64,000 nucleotides of DNA from an uncultured Gemmatimonadales bacterium (lineage in GTDB: Bacteria > Gemmatimonadota > Gemmatimonadetes > Longimicrobiales > Longimicrobiaceae). Below are positions 1 to 8,495 of the stretch, piece after piece (position 1 is the stretch's first letter; each line of letters starts with the position of its first letter). The translations under genes were made by a program, and so were the position numbers. The stretch spans positions 7,776,001 through 7,840,000 of the forward strand of contig OY970303.1 of assembly GCA_963716255.1 (NCBI GenBank). Reading direction: 5' to 3'. Below the pieces are notes generated by a model. It saw only the letters and a list, made by a program, of their open reading frames with translations. It was not told where the DNA came from and made no database searches.

Positions 1-2
1 TG

Positions 3-527
3 GGGCGCTACGGGCCCGACGACCTCATCATCCTGGGCACCGACGAGAACGTCGCCAATTTCCGCGAGTTCCTCCCCGAGCCGGTGCAGGCGATGGTCGT
101 GTACACCGGCAACGCCTGGGTGGACGACAACACCAGCGACATCCTGGTCAAGATCCAGCCGCACCTGGAGGCGTACGAGGACCGCGAGCGGCAGGAAGTG
201 GTGGAGCGCGTCCGCGACCGCGTGGCCAACGACTACCTCGCCACCGCCGGCTTCCAGGGCACGCTCACCGCGGTGCAGGAGGGGAAGGTGGACACCCTGG
301 TGCTCGCCCGCGACCAGAGCCAGGACGGCACCCGGTGCAAGACCTGCTCGTTCGTGTACGCACGCGGCATGGAGCGCTGCTCGTACTGCGGCTCCAGCGA
401 GCTGGAGGAGGTCGACGCCGTGGAGGAGCTGGTGCGCATGGCCGAGGGCCAGGGCGTGGAGATCGCCTTCACCGACCCGGGCCAGGTGGACGACCTCAAG
501 GGAGTGGGGGCGCTGCTGCGCTTCTGA
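3..527 (+). CDS. eRF1-like (baeRF-type) release-factor-related protein, 5'-truncated
   Basis: Frame is open from the window edge. The C-terminus resembles eRF1 domain 3 (G-x-V-D-T-L-V-L, CxxC..CxxC zinc ribbon, terminal GVGALLRF). Confidence 0.75.
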   Translation, partial: GRYGPDDLIILGTDENVANFREFLPEPVQAMVVYTGNAWVDDNTSDILVKIQPHLEAYEDRERQEVVERVRDRVANDYLATAGFQGTLTAVQEGKVDTLVLARDQSQDGTRCKTCSFVYARGMERCSYCGSSELEEVDAVEELVRMAEGQGVEIAFTDPGQVDDLKGVGALLRF

Positions 528-568
528 GGGCGTCCGGGACTCACCTTTCCCGAACGACCATTCCGCCC

Positions 569-603
569 ACGGGGGCGCGGGCCATGCCCGCGCCTCCGTT
601 TTT
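569..603 (+). terminator. Rho-independent terminator
   Basis: Hairpin cgggggcgcgggc-cat-gcccgcgcctccg followed by TTTTT. Confidence 0.75.
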
Positions 604-605
604 GC

Positions 606-635
606 TTGACATTCCTGCCTGCAGAACCGTACGTT
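606..635 (+). promoter_or_regulatory. Putative sigma70 promoter TTGACA-N18-TACGTT
   Basis: Perfect -35 and a TANNTT -10, 31 bp upstream of the ATG at 667. Confidence 0.55.
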
Positions 636-666
636 CCTCGTCCACCCACCTCACACGACACCGCGA

Positions 667-1293
667 ATGGCTTCTCCCCAACTGGACGAGGGCGGGCGGA
701 AGCGTCTGCGCGCCGACCTGGAATCCCTGGACGGAGTGCGCACCGCCCTGCTCGACGGCTCCCCCCTGGCCGTGTACCTGGTCTGCGACCACGGCGAGCC
801 CGCGCAGCTCGAGATGCTCGCAGGCGCCGTGCTCGCCCGCCACCGCCTGGACCGCAAGGGCGTCGCCGTCCACGTGTCCTTTCTGGCGGGCCCGCAGCCC
901 GCGCGCCGCGTGCGATTCCTCCACGCCCGGGTCGCGCGTCCCAGCGCCGGCCGCGCCGTCGCCTCCGTCGCCCTGGAGTGGAGCGGGACCGTCTACGAGA
1001 ACGAGACGGACGGGGAGAGCGGCGAGCCCATCGAGCTGCGCCTGGCCGCGCTCGCCACGCTGCGCGGCATCGAAGCCGTCATCGGCGGCGCGCTGCACTT
1101 CAAGCTGGTGGGAATCCGGACGCTGCGCGCCTTCGACACCGACATGGTCGCCGTCCTCCTGCACACCGACCACGGCAACAGCCCGCTCATCGGCGCGTCG
1201 CTGGCGCGCGAGTCGGTCCACGAGTCGGCCGCCATCGCCGTGCTCAACGCTACCAATCGCCTGCTCGGGAATTATCTCGCCACCGGGGAGTGA
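667..1293 (+). CDS. Conserved hypothetical protein (208 aa)
   Basis: Typical codon usage and its own promoter. Two repeated units end in helices (LAALATLRGIE / AAIAVLNATNR). Confidence 0.75.
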   Translation: MASPQLDEGGRKRLRADLESLDGVRTALLDGSPLAVYLVCDHGEPAQLEMLAGAVLARHRLDRKGVAVHVSFLAGPQPARRVRFLHARVARPSAGRAVASVALEWSGTVYENETDGESGEPIELRLAALATLRGIEAVIGGALHFKLVGIRTLRAFDTDMVAVLLHTDHGNSPLIGASLARESVHESAAIAVLNATNRLLGNYLATGE

Positions 1294-1312
1294 CGGCATG
1301 AACTGCGGGTTG

Positions 1313-1446
1313 GGGCGTGCCCCCGGCTGGCGCCGGGGTCGGGCTTCGGCTCCGTAGAGCAGCAAACAACGCTGCTCAACGGAGTCGAGCCCCGGCGGAA
1401 ACAGCCCCGCCGGGTCTCGCCCCTTCGGGCCGAAATCCCTCACGCG
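1313..1446 (+). repeat. Structured intergenic repeat family A, copy A1
   Basis: GGGCGTGCCCCCGG...GGGGTCGGGCTTCGGCTCCGT...AATCCCTCACGCG; near-identical copies at 25709, 31886, 42513, 45873 and 59076. Confidence 0.95.
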
Positions 1447-1510
1447 ACGGCACGCCCCCTCCCCCGGCCAACTCAAACACCGGAGCCCGCCGGAGCACAC
1501 GCTGTTGGCC

Positions 1511-1565
1511 CCCTCTCCCAGAATTGGGAGAGGGTGGTGTGCCTCAAGCGAGCCGGGTGAGGGCC
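1511..1565 (+). repeat. Palindromic repeat family D (CCCTCYCCCA-GAAT-TGGGRGAGGG plus tail)
   Basis: 10-bp perfect hairpin followed by gcctcaagcgagccgggtg; homologues at 4248 and 42719. Confidence 0.85.
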
Positions 1566-1600
1566 GCCGGGTGAGGGGCTTGCGCGTAAGGCACGGGCAG

Positions 1601-1648
1601 AAAAGAGGCGGCGCCGCACGGAACTCCGTGCGGCGCCGCGAACGTTTT
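1601..1648. terminator. Probable bidirectional terminator
   Basis: 14-bp stem 1608-1621/1626-1639 with A- and T-rich flanks, between convergent genes. Confidence 0.7.
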
Positions 1649-1659
1649 GCCCCGGACCT

Positions 1660-2334
1660 TCAGTTGCGCCTGCCGAGGATCTTGCGGGAGTAGCCGTTGT
1701 CCGGGTCGATCCCCGCCCTCACCAGCTGGTCCACCCGTCCCGGGCCGCGGTTGTAGGCCAGCAGCGCCATGTTGACGTCGCCGCGGTACTGCTCGATCAG
1801 GATGTTCAGGAAGCGGAACCCCAGCCGCAGGTTCGTTTCCCGGTCGAAGATCTGGTTGTGGCTGATCCCCGGCCGGAGCAGCCGCGCCGTCTCCGGCATC
1901 AACTGCGTGTACCCGAGGGCGCCCACCGGGCTCACCGCGCGCTGGTTGAACTCGCTCTCCACCCGCACCAGCTCGAAGGCCACCCTGGGGTCGATCCGCT
2001 CCGCGAGCGCGATCTCCTCGATGGAGGCCGCCAGGTCCGCCCCGATCCCGTACTTGGCAGAGTAGCGGTGGATCCGCTCCAGCCGCTCGATCTGCATCTT
2101 CTGGAGGTCGATCTGCCCCTCCAGCGCCTGGAGCTGGGCATCGCCCGCGAGAAAGCGCTGCTGCCACTCCGCCGCCCACCCCGCCCCCGAATCCACCGAC
2201 CCCGCGCCGAGCTGGAACGCGAACACGAAGAGCAGGATCCCGAGCACCGCACCCCGTACCGCCGGCCAGATGTCCGTCCGTGGCTGCTTACGCGCAGCGA
2301 CGTCTGCCTGCAGCTTGAGGAGAAGAGACTGCAT
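1660..2334 (-). CDS. Lytic transglycosylase (SLT domain) with N-terminal TM helix and coiled coil
   Basis: Motifs VESEF, AVSPVGALGYTQLMPETA and ALLAYNRGPG; GGAGG RBS before the ATG at 2334. Confidence 0.9.
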   Translation of the reverse strand: MQSLLLKLQADVAARKQPRTDIWPAVRGAVLGILLFVFAFQLGAGSVDSGAGWAAEWQQRFLAGDAQLQALEGQIDLQKMQIERLERIHRYSAKYGIGADLAASIEEIALAERIDPRVAFELVRVESEFNQRAVSPVGALGYTQLMPETARLLRPGISHNQIFDRETNLRLGFRFLNILIEQYRGDVNMALLAYNRGPGRVDQLVRAGIDPDNGYSRKILGRRN

Positions 2335-2389
2335 AGCGCCTCCGGGCTTGAGTTGACCGGCCCAAAAGCAAGCCCCGTGCCCGGTGACC

Positions 2390-2887
2390 CTACTCCGGAC
2401 CCGCCTCCCAGGCCCCGGAGCGGCCACCTTCCTTGCGTACCAAGCGGATAGCTTCAATGCGCATTCCGCGGTCGCGGGCCTTGCACATGTCGTAGATCGT
2501 CAGGAGTGCCACCGAGACCGCTGTCAAGGCCTCCATCTCCACCCCGGTCCGCGCCTCCACCCGCGCCGTCGCCCGCACCCGCACCCCGGGCAGGGCCTCG
2601 TCCGCCTCCAGCTCCACCTCCACCGAGCTGAGCGGGAGCGAGTGGCAGAGCGGAATCAGCTCCGCCGTCCGCTTGGCCCCCGTGATGCCCGCCAACTGCG
2701 CCACCAGCAGCACGTTGCCCTTGGGCGCCGTTCCCTCCACGATTGCCCGCACGGTCGCCGCCGAGGTGACGATCCGCCCCTCCGCCACCGCCACGCGGCG
2801 GGTGACTTCCTTGTCGCCCACGTCCACCATTCGCGGCCGCCCCTCCGCGTCCAGGTGCGTGAAGCCGCTCCCCTCCGGGCTCGTCAC
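2390..2887 (-). CDS. moaC: Cyclic pyranopterin monophosphate synthase MoaC
   Basis: [34 protein letters not shown] start. Confidence 0.95.
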   Translation of the reverse strand: MTSPEGSGFTHLDAEGRPRMVDVGDKEVTRRVAVAEGRIVTSAATVRAIVEGTAPKGNVLLVAQLAGITGAKRTAELIPLCHSLPLSSVEVELEADEALPGVRVRATARVEARTGVEMEALTAVSVALLTIYDMCKARDRGMRIEAIRLVRKEGGRSGAWEAGPE

Positions 2888-2894
2888 GGCGCCC

Positions 2895-4046
2895 TCAAGC
2901 CGCGTCCAGCAGGTCGCGCCGCACGCCCCGCAGCAGGTCGGCCAAGATGAGCTGCGGGTTGACGTTGCCCGAGGCCAGCTCCGCCGCCCGCTGCACCCGG
3001 TCCAGGGCCAGGCCCACCCCCAGCGGCCGGATGTCCCTTCGGCGCACCACCTGGGACAGCATTGCCGCATCACCCCCGTTCACCACCAGCTCCTCCGCCC
3101 CGGAAGCCGACGCCATGAGGTCGCGGAGCCACACCGAGAACGCCTCCAGCGTCCCCGTGAACTCCCCGCGGCCGCCCGTGGGCGCCTCCGCCAGCGCCGC
3201 CGCCAGCCGCGCCGTGGGCCCGTCCGCCGTCGCGGCCAGGAGCAGCGCCCGCCCCGCCTGCCGCTGCCGCTCCAGCGGTCCCGGCCCGTCACCCGAGGGG
3301 AGGAGCCGCAGCGCCCGCCCGATCGCCCCCTCCGAGAGCGCCGCCACAGCCTCCGCCTGGTCCGCCGGCATCCCCTTGCGGCGCACCAGGAAGTCGCTCA
3401 CCTCCTCCGGCGCCAGCGGGAGCAGGCGCACCGGGAGCACCCGCGAGCGGATGGTGGGGAGCAGCGCCCCGGGCGTGGACGAGGTGAGGATCAGCGTCGT
3501 GTCCGCCGGGGGCTCCTCCAGCAGCTTGAGGAAGGCGTTCGCCGCCTCCTGCGACGACTCCTGCGGCACCATCGCCTCCGCGTCGCCCACCACGAACACC
3601 TTGCGCGACCCCATCGCCGGGCGGTTCCCCGCCAGCTCCTGGAGCGTGCGGATCGCCGCCAGGAAGTACGCCGGGGCCCGCTCGTACGCCGGCAGGTGGA
3701 ACGGGTCCGCGCGCCGGGCCACGAGCTCCGCCGCCCGCGACTCCTCCAGCTTCTCCCGCAGCCGGTCCGGCCCCGTCGCGTCGGGACGGGGCAGGGGGAA
3801 GAACCAGTTGACGTCCGGGTGCTCGAGCCGCTCCACCAGCCGGCAGTGCAGGCAGTGCCCGCACGGCTCCGTCGCCGCCTCCGGGCTGTCGCATACGATC
3901 CGCTGCGCCAGCCAGAGTCCGAAGCGCTCCTTGCCGATCCCCTCCGGCCCGTGCAGCAGCAGCGAGTGGGGCAGGTCGTTTTCCCGCACCGACTTCGCCA
4001 GCGCGGCCCGCATCTTTTCGTGGCCCTGGAGGGGGATCAGCGGCAT
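2895..4046 (-). CDS. holB: DNA polymerase III delta' subunit
   Basis: [11 protein letters not shown], zinc motif [32 protein letters not shown]. Confidence 0.9.
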   Translation of the reverse strand: MPLIPLQGHEKMRAALAKSVRENDLPHSLLLHGPEGIGKERFGLWLAQRIVCDSPEAATEPCGHCLHCRLVERLEHPDVNWFFPLPRPDATGPDRLREKLEESRAAELVARRADPFHLPAYERAPAYFLAAIRTLQELAGNRPAMGSRKVFVVGDAEAMVPQESSQEAANAFLKLLEEPPADTTLILTSSTPGALLPTIRSRVLPVRLLPLAPEEVSDFLVRRKGMPADQAEAVAALSEGAIGRALRLLPSGDGPGPLERQRQAGRALLLAATADGPTARLAAALAEAPTGGRGEFTGTLEAFSVWLRDLMASASGAEELVVNGGDAAMLSQVVRRRDIRPLGVGLALDRVQRAAELASGNVNPQLILADLLRGVRRDLLDAA

Positions 4047-4074
4047 CGTCTCTCGGATCCTGAAGTTCTTCGTG

Positions 4075-4210
4075 TGGGGCCGCTCCGGAGCCCGGCGATA
4101 CTGCTGCCGGTCTCCTGCGCGGGTCGCGGAGCCCCGCCAAACAGCCGGCGGGTCTCCGCTCCGGCTCCGTGAGCCTCACGCAAACTACCGCGTGAGTCTC
4201 CCTCCGCAAC
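4075..4210 (+). repeat. Structured intergenic repeat family B, copy B1 (three tandem hairpin modules)
   Basis: TGGGGCCGCT followed by three (G/T)GAGC-stem-loop-stem-TCTCC modules; copies at 18275, 18640 (reverse) and 63497. Confidence 0.92.
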
Positions 4211-4247
4211 ATCATGCGGGAACGGCAGGGAACCGCGGAACGACAAA

Positions 4248-4302
4248 CCCTCCCCCAGAATTGGGGGAGGGTGGCGAGCCTCAAGCGAGCCGGGTGGGGG
4301 CC
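4248..4302 (+). repeat. Palindromic repeat family D
   Basis: ccctccccca-gaat-tgggggaggg, with a compensated T:A to C:G change relative to the copy at 1511. Confidence 0.85.
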
Positions 4303-4371
4303 TGCCGTGCCGTAACCGCGGTTGCAGGCTGTGGCGCTTCACGCTCCGCGTGAACCGTTGAACCCTGTCCC

Positions 4372-5673
4372 CTACCGTCTCCTCAGCCATGCAAGCGGGT
4401 CCACCGCCTGGCCGCCGGGGGAGCGGATCTGGAACTCCACGTGGGGGCCCTCCGGCGTGCCCTGGCCGCCCACCGAGCCCAGCACCTGGCCGCGGGCGAT
4501 CTCGGCGCCGTCGGCGACGCGCACGTCGTCCAGGTACAGGTACAGCGAGTAGTAGCCGCCGCCGTGGCTCACCACCACGCTGGGGCCGTAGCCCTCGAAG
4601 GGCTCGGCGAGCACCACGGTGCCGGACTCCACGGCCTTCACCGGCGTCCCCCGCGGCGCGCCGATGCCGATGCCGTTCCAGCGCAGCACCGTGCCGCTGG
4701 GCGTCGTCGTGCGCCCGAAGCGGTACAGGACGCGGCCGTCCACCGGCCAGCCGAGCTGGCCCAGGTCGCTGGTGGACAGGCGGGACTCGCCGCTGCTCGC
4801 CGCGGGGGTGGGGGCGCGGGGGGGCGGGGCGGGCGCGGCGGCCTTGGGGTCGCCCCCGGCGGCGCGGGCGGCGGCCGCCCGCGCCGCCGCTGCGCGGCGC
4901 TCCGTTTCCCTGCGGGCGGCTTCGCGGCGCTCGGCCTCGCGGCGGCGGCGCTCCAGCGTGGCGATCAGCGAGCCGAGCTGGCGCTCGTCGCGCGCCAGGC
5001 GCGTCATGCGGCCCTGCGTGGTGGTCGCCTGGCGCTGCACGATCCCCAGCGTCTTCCTGCGCTCCTCGCGCAGCAGCTCCAGCTGCTGGTGCTCCGTCAG
5101 CCGCTCGCCCTGCAGCACCTGCACCTCCTGCAGGCTGCGCTTCAGCTGCCGGTCGCGCAGCACCAGCTGCTTCTCCAGCTCGCGCACCTCCTCCAGCAGG
5201 GTGCGGTCGTGGCGGGCCACCAGGTGCAGGTACTTGTAGCGGTTCAGCAGGTCGCTGAAGTTCCCCGCCGTGAGCAGCACCTGGGCCGACTGCAGCGGGC
5301 CGCGCTTGTAGATGTCGCGCAGGCGGCGCTGCAGCAGCGCGCGACGCTCCGCCAGCCGGTCCTGCGTGTCCAGCAGCTCGCGCGTGGTCACGGCGATCTG
5401 CCGCTCCGTGCGGTCCAGCTGGAACTCCACCTCCTCCAGCACCCCCGCCGAGACGTCCACCTGGCGGCGGAGGATCTGCTCCTCCCCCGACAGGTTCCTC
5501 ACCTGCGAGCGCAGGTTCTTGAGCTCCTCCGCCAGCTCGCGCCGCTCCTGGCGGATCTCCTGCAGGCGGCGCTGGCTCTGCGACAGCTCGCGGGTGGTGT
5601 TCTGCTGCGCCGCGGCGGGCGCGGCGGCGAGCAGCAGCGCGGCGAGCGCGGCAAGGCGGACCCTCCCTGCCAT
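4372..5673 (-). CDS. envC: Murein hydrolase activator EnvC (coiled coil plus degenerate M23 domain)
   Basis: Signal peptide, long coiled coil, WPVDG..FG, NGIGI, YG..V.V.HG; lies downstream of ftsEX. Confidence 0.88.
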   Translation of the reverse strand: MAGRVRLAALAALLLAAAPAAAQQNTTRELSQSQRRLQEIRQERRELAEELKNLRSQVRNLSGEEQILRRQVDVSAGVLEEVEFQLDRTERQIAVTTRELLDTQDRLAERRALLQRRLRDIYKRGPLQSAQVLLTAGNFSDLLNRYKYLHLVARHDRTLLEEVRELEKQLVLRDRQLKRSLQEVQVLQGERLTEHQQLELLREERRKTLGIVQRQATTTQGRMTRLARDERQLGSLIATLERRRREAERREAARRETERRAAAARAAAARAAGGDPKAAAPAPPPRAPTPAASSGESRLSTSDLGQLGWPVDGRVLYRFGRTTTPSGTVLRWNGIGIGAPRGTPVKAVESGTVVLAEPFEGYGPSVVVSHGGGYYSLYLYLDDVRVADGAEIARGQVLGSVGGQGTPEGPHVEFQIRSPGGQAVDPLAWLRRR

Positions 5674-5678
5674 CCCGG

Positions 5679-6536
5679 TCACACCGCGCGCAGGTGGCGC
5701 CGCACCGCGATCGCGCTGGACAGGAAGCCGAAGGCGGCCCCCGCCAGCACCCCGGCGACCACCCAGGGGAAGGGGAGCCACTCGATGCGGAGCAGCACCC
5801 GGTCCACCACGCGGAAGGCGGCCCACGCCAGCCCCACCGCGAGCGCGCCTCCCAGCAGCCCAGCCACCAGCCCCTCCAGCAGGAAGGGGCGGCGCACGAA
5901 GCCGTCCGTGGCGCCCACCAGGCGCATGATGGAGATCTCCTCGCGGCGCGCGAACACCGCGATCCGCACCGCCGTCGCGATGACGATGGCCGCCACCGCC
6001 GCGAACGCCCCGCCGATGATCCCCGCCGCGCCCCCGGCGATCCGCCGCAGCGAGACGATCTTGTCCAGCCAGTCGCGCCCGAAGCGCACGTCCTCCACGA
6101 ACGGGTACGCGGCCAGCCCCTTCGCCACCCGCTCCACCGAGGCCGGGTCGCGGGCCCCCGCCTTCAGCCTCAATTCCAGCGAGGCGGGGAGCGGGTTGGT
6201 TTCCAGGTCCGTGAACACGTCGCGGAACTCCTCCATCTCCTGCCGCGCCGTCGCCAGCGCCTCCGTCTTGGAAACGTAGCGCACCTCCCCCACCTCGGGG
6301 ATCAGGCGGACCTCCTGCTGGAGGATGCGGAGCTGGTCGTCGGTGGCGTCGTCGCGCAGGTAGGCGACCACCTCCACCTTCTCCTCGATGCGGTCGATGG
6401 CGCGGCCGATGTTGTGGGCCGTCAGCCCGAACAGGGCGCCCACGAAAAGCGAGAACGCCACCGCCACCACCGACAGCAGGGTGAGCAGCGGGGTGCGCCG
6501 GAAGGCGGAAAGGGCTTCGCGCAGGGTGTACGGCAT
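5679..6536 (-). CDS. ftsX: Cell division permease FtsX
   Basis: NPLPAS, RREEISIMRLVGATDGFVRRPFLLEG, 4 TM segments. Confidence 0.93.
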   Translation of the reverse strand: MPYTLREALSAFRRTPLLTLLSVVAVAFSLFVGALFGLTAHNIGRAIDRIEEKVEVVAYLRDDATDDQLRILQQEVRLIPEVGEVRYVSKTEALATARQEMEEFRDVFTDLETNPLPASLELRLKAGARDPASVERVAKGLAAYPFVEDVRFGRDWLDKIVSLRRIAGGAAGIIGGAFAAVAAIVIATAVRIAVFARREEISIMRLVGATDGFVRRPFLLEGLVAGLLGGALAVGLAWAAFRVVDRVLLRIEWLPFPWVVAGVLAGAAFGFLSSAIAVRRHLRAV

Positions 6537-6537
6537 G

Positions 6538-7230
6538 CTAGAAAGTCTGCTCCGGCGCGGGGGCCGCCGCCGAGTCGAAGACCACCTCGCCGTGGCTCAG
6601 CTCGATGGTCCGGTACTCCGGGTGGGCCCGCACCAGCTCCAGGTCGTGGGTCGCCATCAGCACCGTCATCCCCATGGTGTTGATCTCGCGGAACAGGTCG
6701 AACACCCCGCGCGCCGCCCAGGCGTCCAGGTTCCCCGTGGGCTCGTCCGCGAGCAGCACCACCGGGTCGTTGGCCAGCGCCCGGGCGATCGCCACCCGCT
6801 GACGCTCGCCGCCGGAAAGCTCGTCCGGGAGCGCGCGCGCCTTCGCCGCGAGCCCCACCTGCGCCAGCAGCTTGTTGACCCGCGCGGGGATCGCCTGCCG
6901 CTTCGCCCCGGTCACCTCCAGCGCGAAGGCCACGTTGTCCTCGGCGCTGCGGTCGCGGAGCAGACGGAAGTCCTGGAAGACCACGCCCAGCTTGCGGCGC
7001 AGCCTGGGAATCTCGCGCTGGCGGACGCTGGTGGACGAGAAGCCGGAGACGCGCACCTCGCCGGAGGTGGGGCGCTCCGCCATGAGCAGCAGGCGCAGGA
7101 TGGTCGACTTCCCGGCGCCGGAATGGCCGGTCAGGAAGGCGAACTCGCCCTTGCGGAGGTGGAAGGAAACGTCCTTGAGGGCCGCGCCGGAGCGCGGGTA
7201 TTCCTTGCGGACGTCGAGGAGTCGGATCAC
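6538..7230 (-). CDS. ftsE: Cell division ATP-binding protein FtsE
   Basis: GHSGAGKS, GVVFQDFRLL, LSGGERQRVAIARA, LLADEPTGNLD. Confidence 0.95.
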   Translation of the reverse strand: MIRLLDVRKEYPRSGAALKDVSFHLRKGEFAFLTGHSGAGKSTILRLLLMAERPTSGEVRVSGFSSTSVRQREIPRLRRKLGVVFQDFRLLRDRSAEDNVAFALEVTGAKRQAIPARVNKLLAQVGLAAKARALPDELSGGERQRVAIARALANDPVVLLADEPTGNLDAWAARGVFDLFREINTMGMTVLMATHDLELVRAHPEYRTIELSHGEVVFDSAAAPAPEQTF

Positions 7231-7271
7231 GGAGCGGGGTCCTTCGGGAAGGGATCTGGCGACGGCGGCGA

Positions 7272-7300
7272 AAGCTATCCCCGCCGCCCCCCGGTGTCAA
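7272..7300 (-). promoter_or_regulatory. Putative internal sigma70 promoter for ftsEX-envC (TTGACA-N17-TAGCTT)
   Basis: Lies in the pdxA 3' end; the -10 element contains the pdxA TAG stop. Confidence 0.6.
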
Positions 7301-8216
7301 AGCGGCCGGCGAGGCGCACGGCCAGGAGGACAGCCTCCTTCATGGACGAGGCGTCCGCGATCCCCCGCCCGGCGATGTCCAGGGCGGTGCCGTGGTCCGG
7401 CGAGGTGCGGGGGAAGGGAAGGCCCAGGGTGACGTTGACGCCGCTCCCGAAGGCCGCCGTCTTGAACGCGGCCATCCCCACGTCGTGGTAGGGGGCGACC
7501 ACCGCGTCGAACTCGCCGCGCACGGCGCGGGTGAAAACGGTGTCCGCGGGGATGGGGCCGGAGGCGGCGATCCCCGCCGCGCGCAGCGCCTCCAGCGCCG
7601 GCGCGACGATGCGCGCCTCCTCGTCGCCGAAGAGGCCGCCGTCGGAGGCGTGCGGGTTCACGGCGCACAGCGCGATGCGCGGCTCCGCGATCCCCCACTG
7701 GCCGCGCAGCGCGGCGTGCACCAGCCGCGCCTGGCGCACCAGGAGCTCCGCCGAGAGCGCCGCGGGGACGTCGCGCAGCGCCAGGTGCGTGGTGGCCAGC
7801 ACCACGCGCAGAGGGCCGCCCAGCGCGGTGCGCTCGGCGGCCATCATCATCGCCACGTCCGGCACGCCGGACAGCGCGTGCAGCATCTCGGTGTGGCCGG
7901 GGAAGCGCCACCCCCCGGCGTGGAAGGCGGCCTTGTCGAGCGGGGCGGTCACCAGCGCGTCCACCTCGCCGGCCAGCGCCAGCTCCGTCGCGCGCCGCAC
8001 CGCCTCCCCGGCGATCCGCCCCGCCGCCGCGGCCCCGTCCTCCGGGGCCCAGCGGCCCACGGACACGGCGCTCCCCGGCCCGTCCCACCCCTCCGCCCCC
8101 ACCACGGTCCACTCCGCCAGGGCGGCGATCTCCGGGTCGTCCAGCGCTCCGCGCGTCACCTCCGGGCCGATTCCGCGCGGGTCGCCCAGGGTGACGGCGA
8201 TCCGCGGGCGGCTCAC
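7275..8216 (-). CDS. pdxA: 4-hydroxythreonine-4-phosphate dehydrogenase PdxA
   Basis: TLGDPRGIGPEV, FPGHTEML, NPHA, YHD.G, NVTLGLPFPRTSPDHGTALDIAG. Confidence 0.93.
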   Translation of the reverse strand: MSRPRIAVTLGDPRGIGPEVTRGALDDPEIAALAEWTVVGAEGWDGPGSAVSVGRWAPEDGAAAAGRIAGEAVRRATELALAGEVDALVTAPLDKAAFHAGGWRFPGHTEMLHALSGVPDVAMMMAAERTALGGPLRVVLATTHLALRDVPAALSAELLVRQARLVHAALRGQWGIAEPRIALCAVNPHASDGGLFGDEEARIVAPALEALRAAGIAASGPIPADTVFTRAVRGEFDAVVAPYHDVGMAAFKTAAFGSGVNVTLGLPFPRTSPDHGTALDIAGRGIADASSMKEAVLLAVRLAGRFDTGGRRG

Positions 8217-8494
8217 CAGCGCTCCTCGGTGCGCTCCTCGCGGAGCACCCGGTACAGCTCCTTCGCCGCCTTCCTGGACACGCTCTTCCCCGGAAGCTCC
8301 AGCAGCTCCATCTCCAGCGTCCGGGCCGGCCAGCGCACCTCCACGCGCGCGCCGGGGAGCACGGCGTCGGCGGCGCGGGCCTTTTTCCCGTTCAGCGACA
8401 CCGCCCCCGCGTCGCACGCCGACTTTGCCTCGTTGCGGCTGCGCGTCAGGCAGAGCCGGTGCAGCAGCACGTCGATGCGGAGCCCGTCGGCCAT
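8213..8494 (-). CDS. S4-domain RNA-binding protein (Hsp15/RqcP-like)
   Basis: RIDVLLHRLCLTRSRNEAKSACDAGAVSLNG, ending in ELY; 93 aa. Confidence 0.85.
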   Translation of the reverse strand: MADGLRIDVLLHRLCLTRSRNEAKSACDAGAVSLNGKKARAADAVLPGARVEVRWPARTLEMELLELPGKSVSRKAAKELYRVLREERTEERW

Positions 8495-8495
8495 G

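Noticed and set aside
1313..1446. Family A as tRNA or integron attC sites
   Set aside because: No T-loop/D-loop consensus or CCA end; no RYYYAAC...GTTRRRY ends, cassette array or integrase.
4075..4210. Family B modules as a mini-CRISPR array
   Set aside because: The variable parts are self-complementary stems of 5-8 bp rather than ~30-bp spacers, there are only three units per copy, and no cas genes are present.
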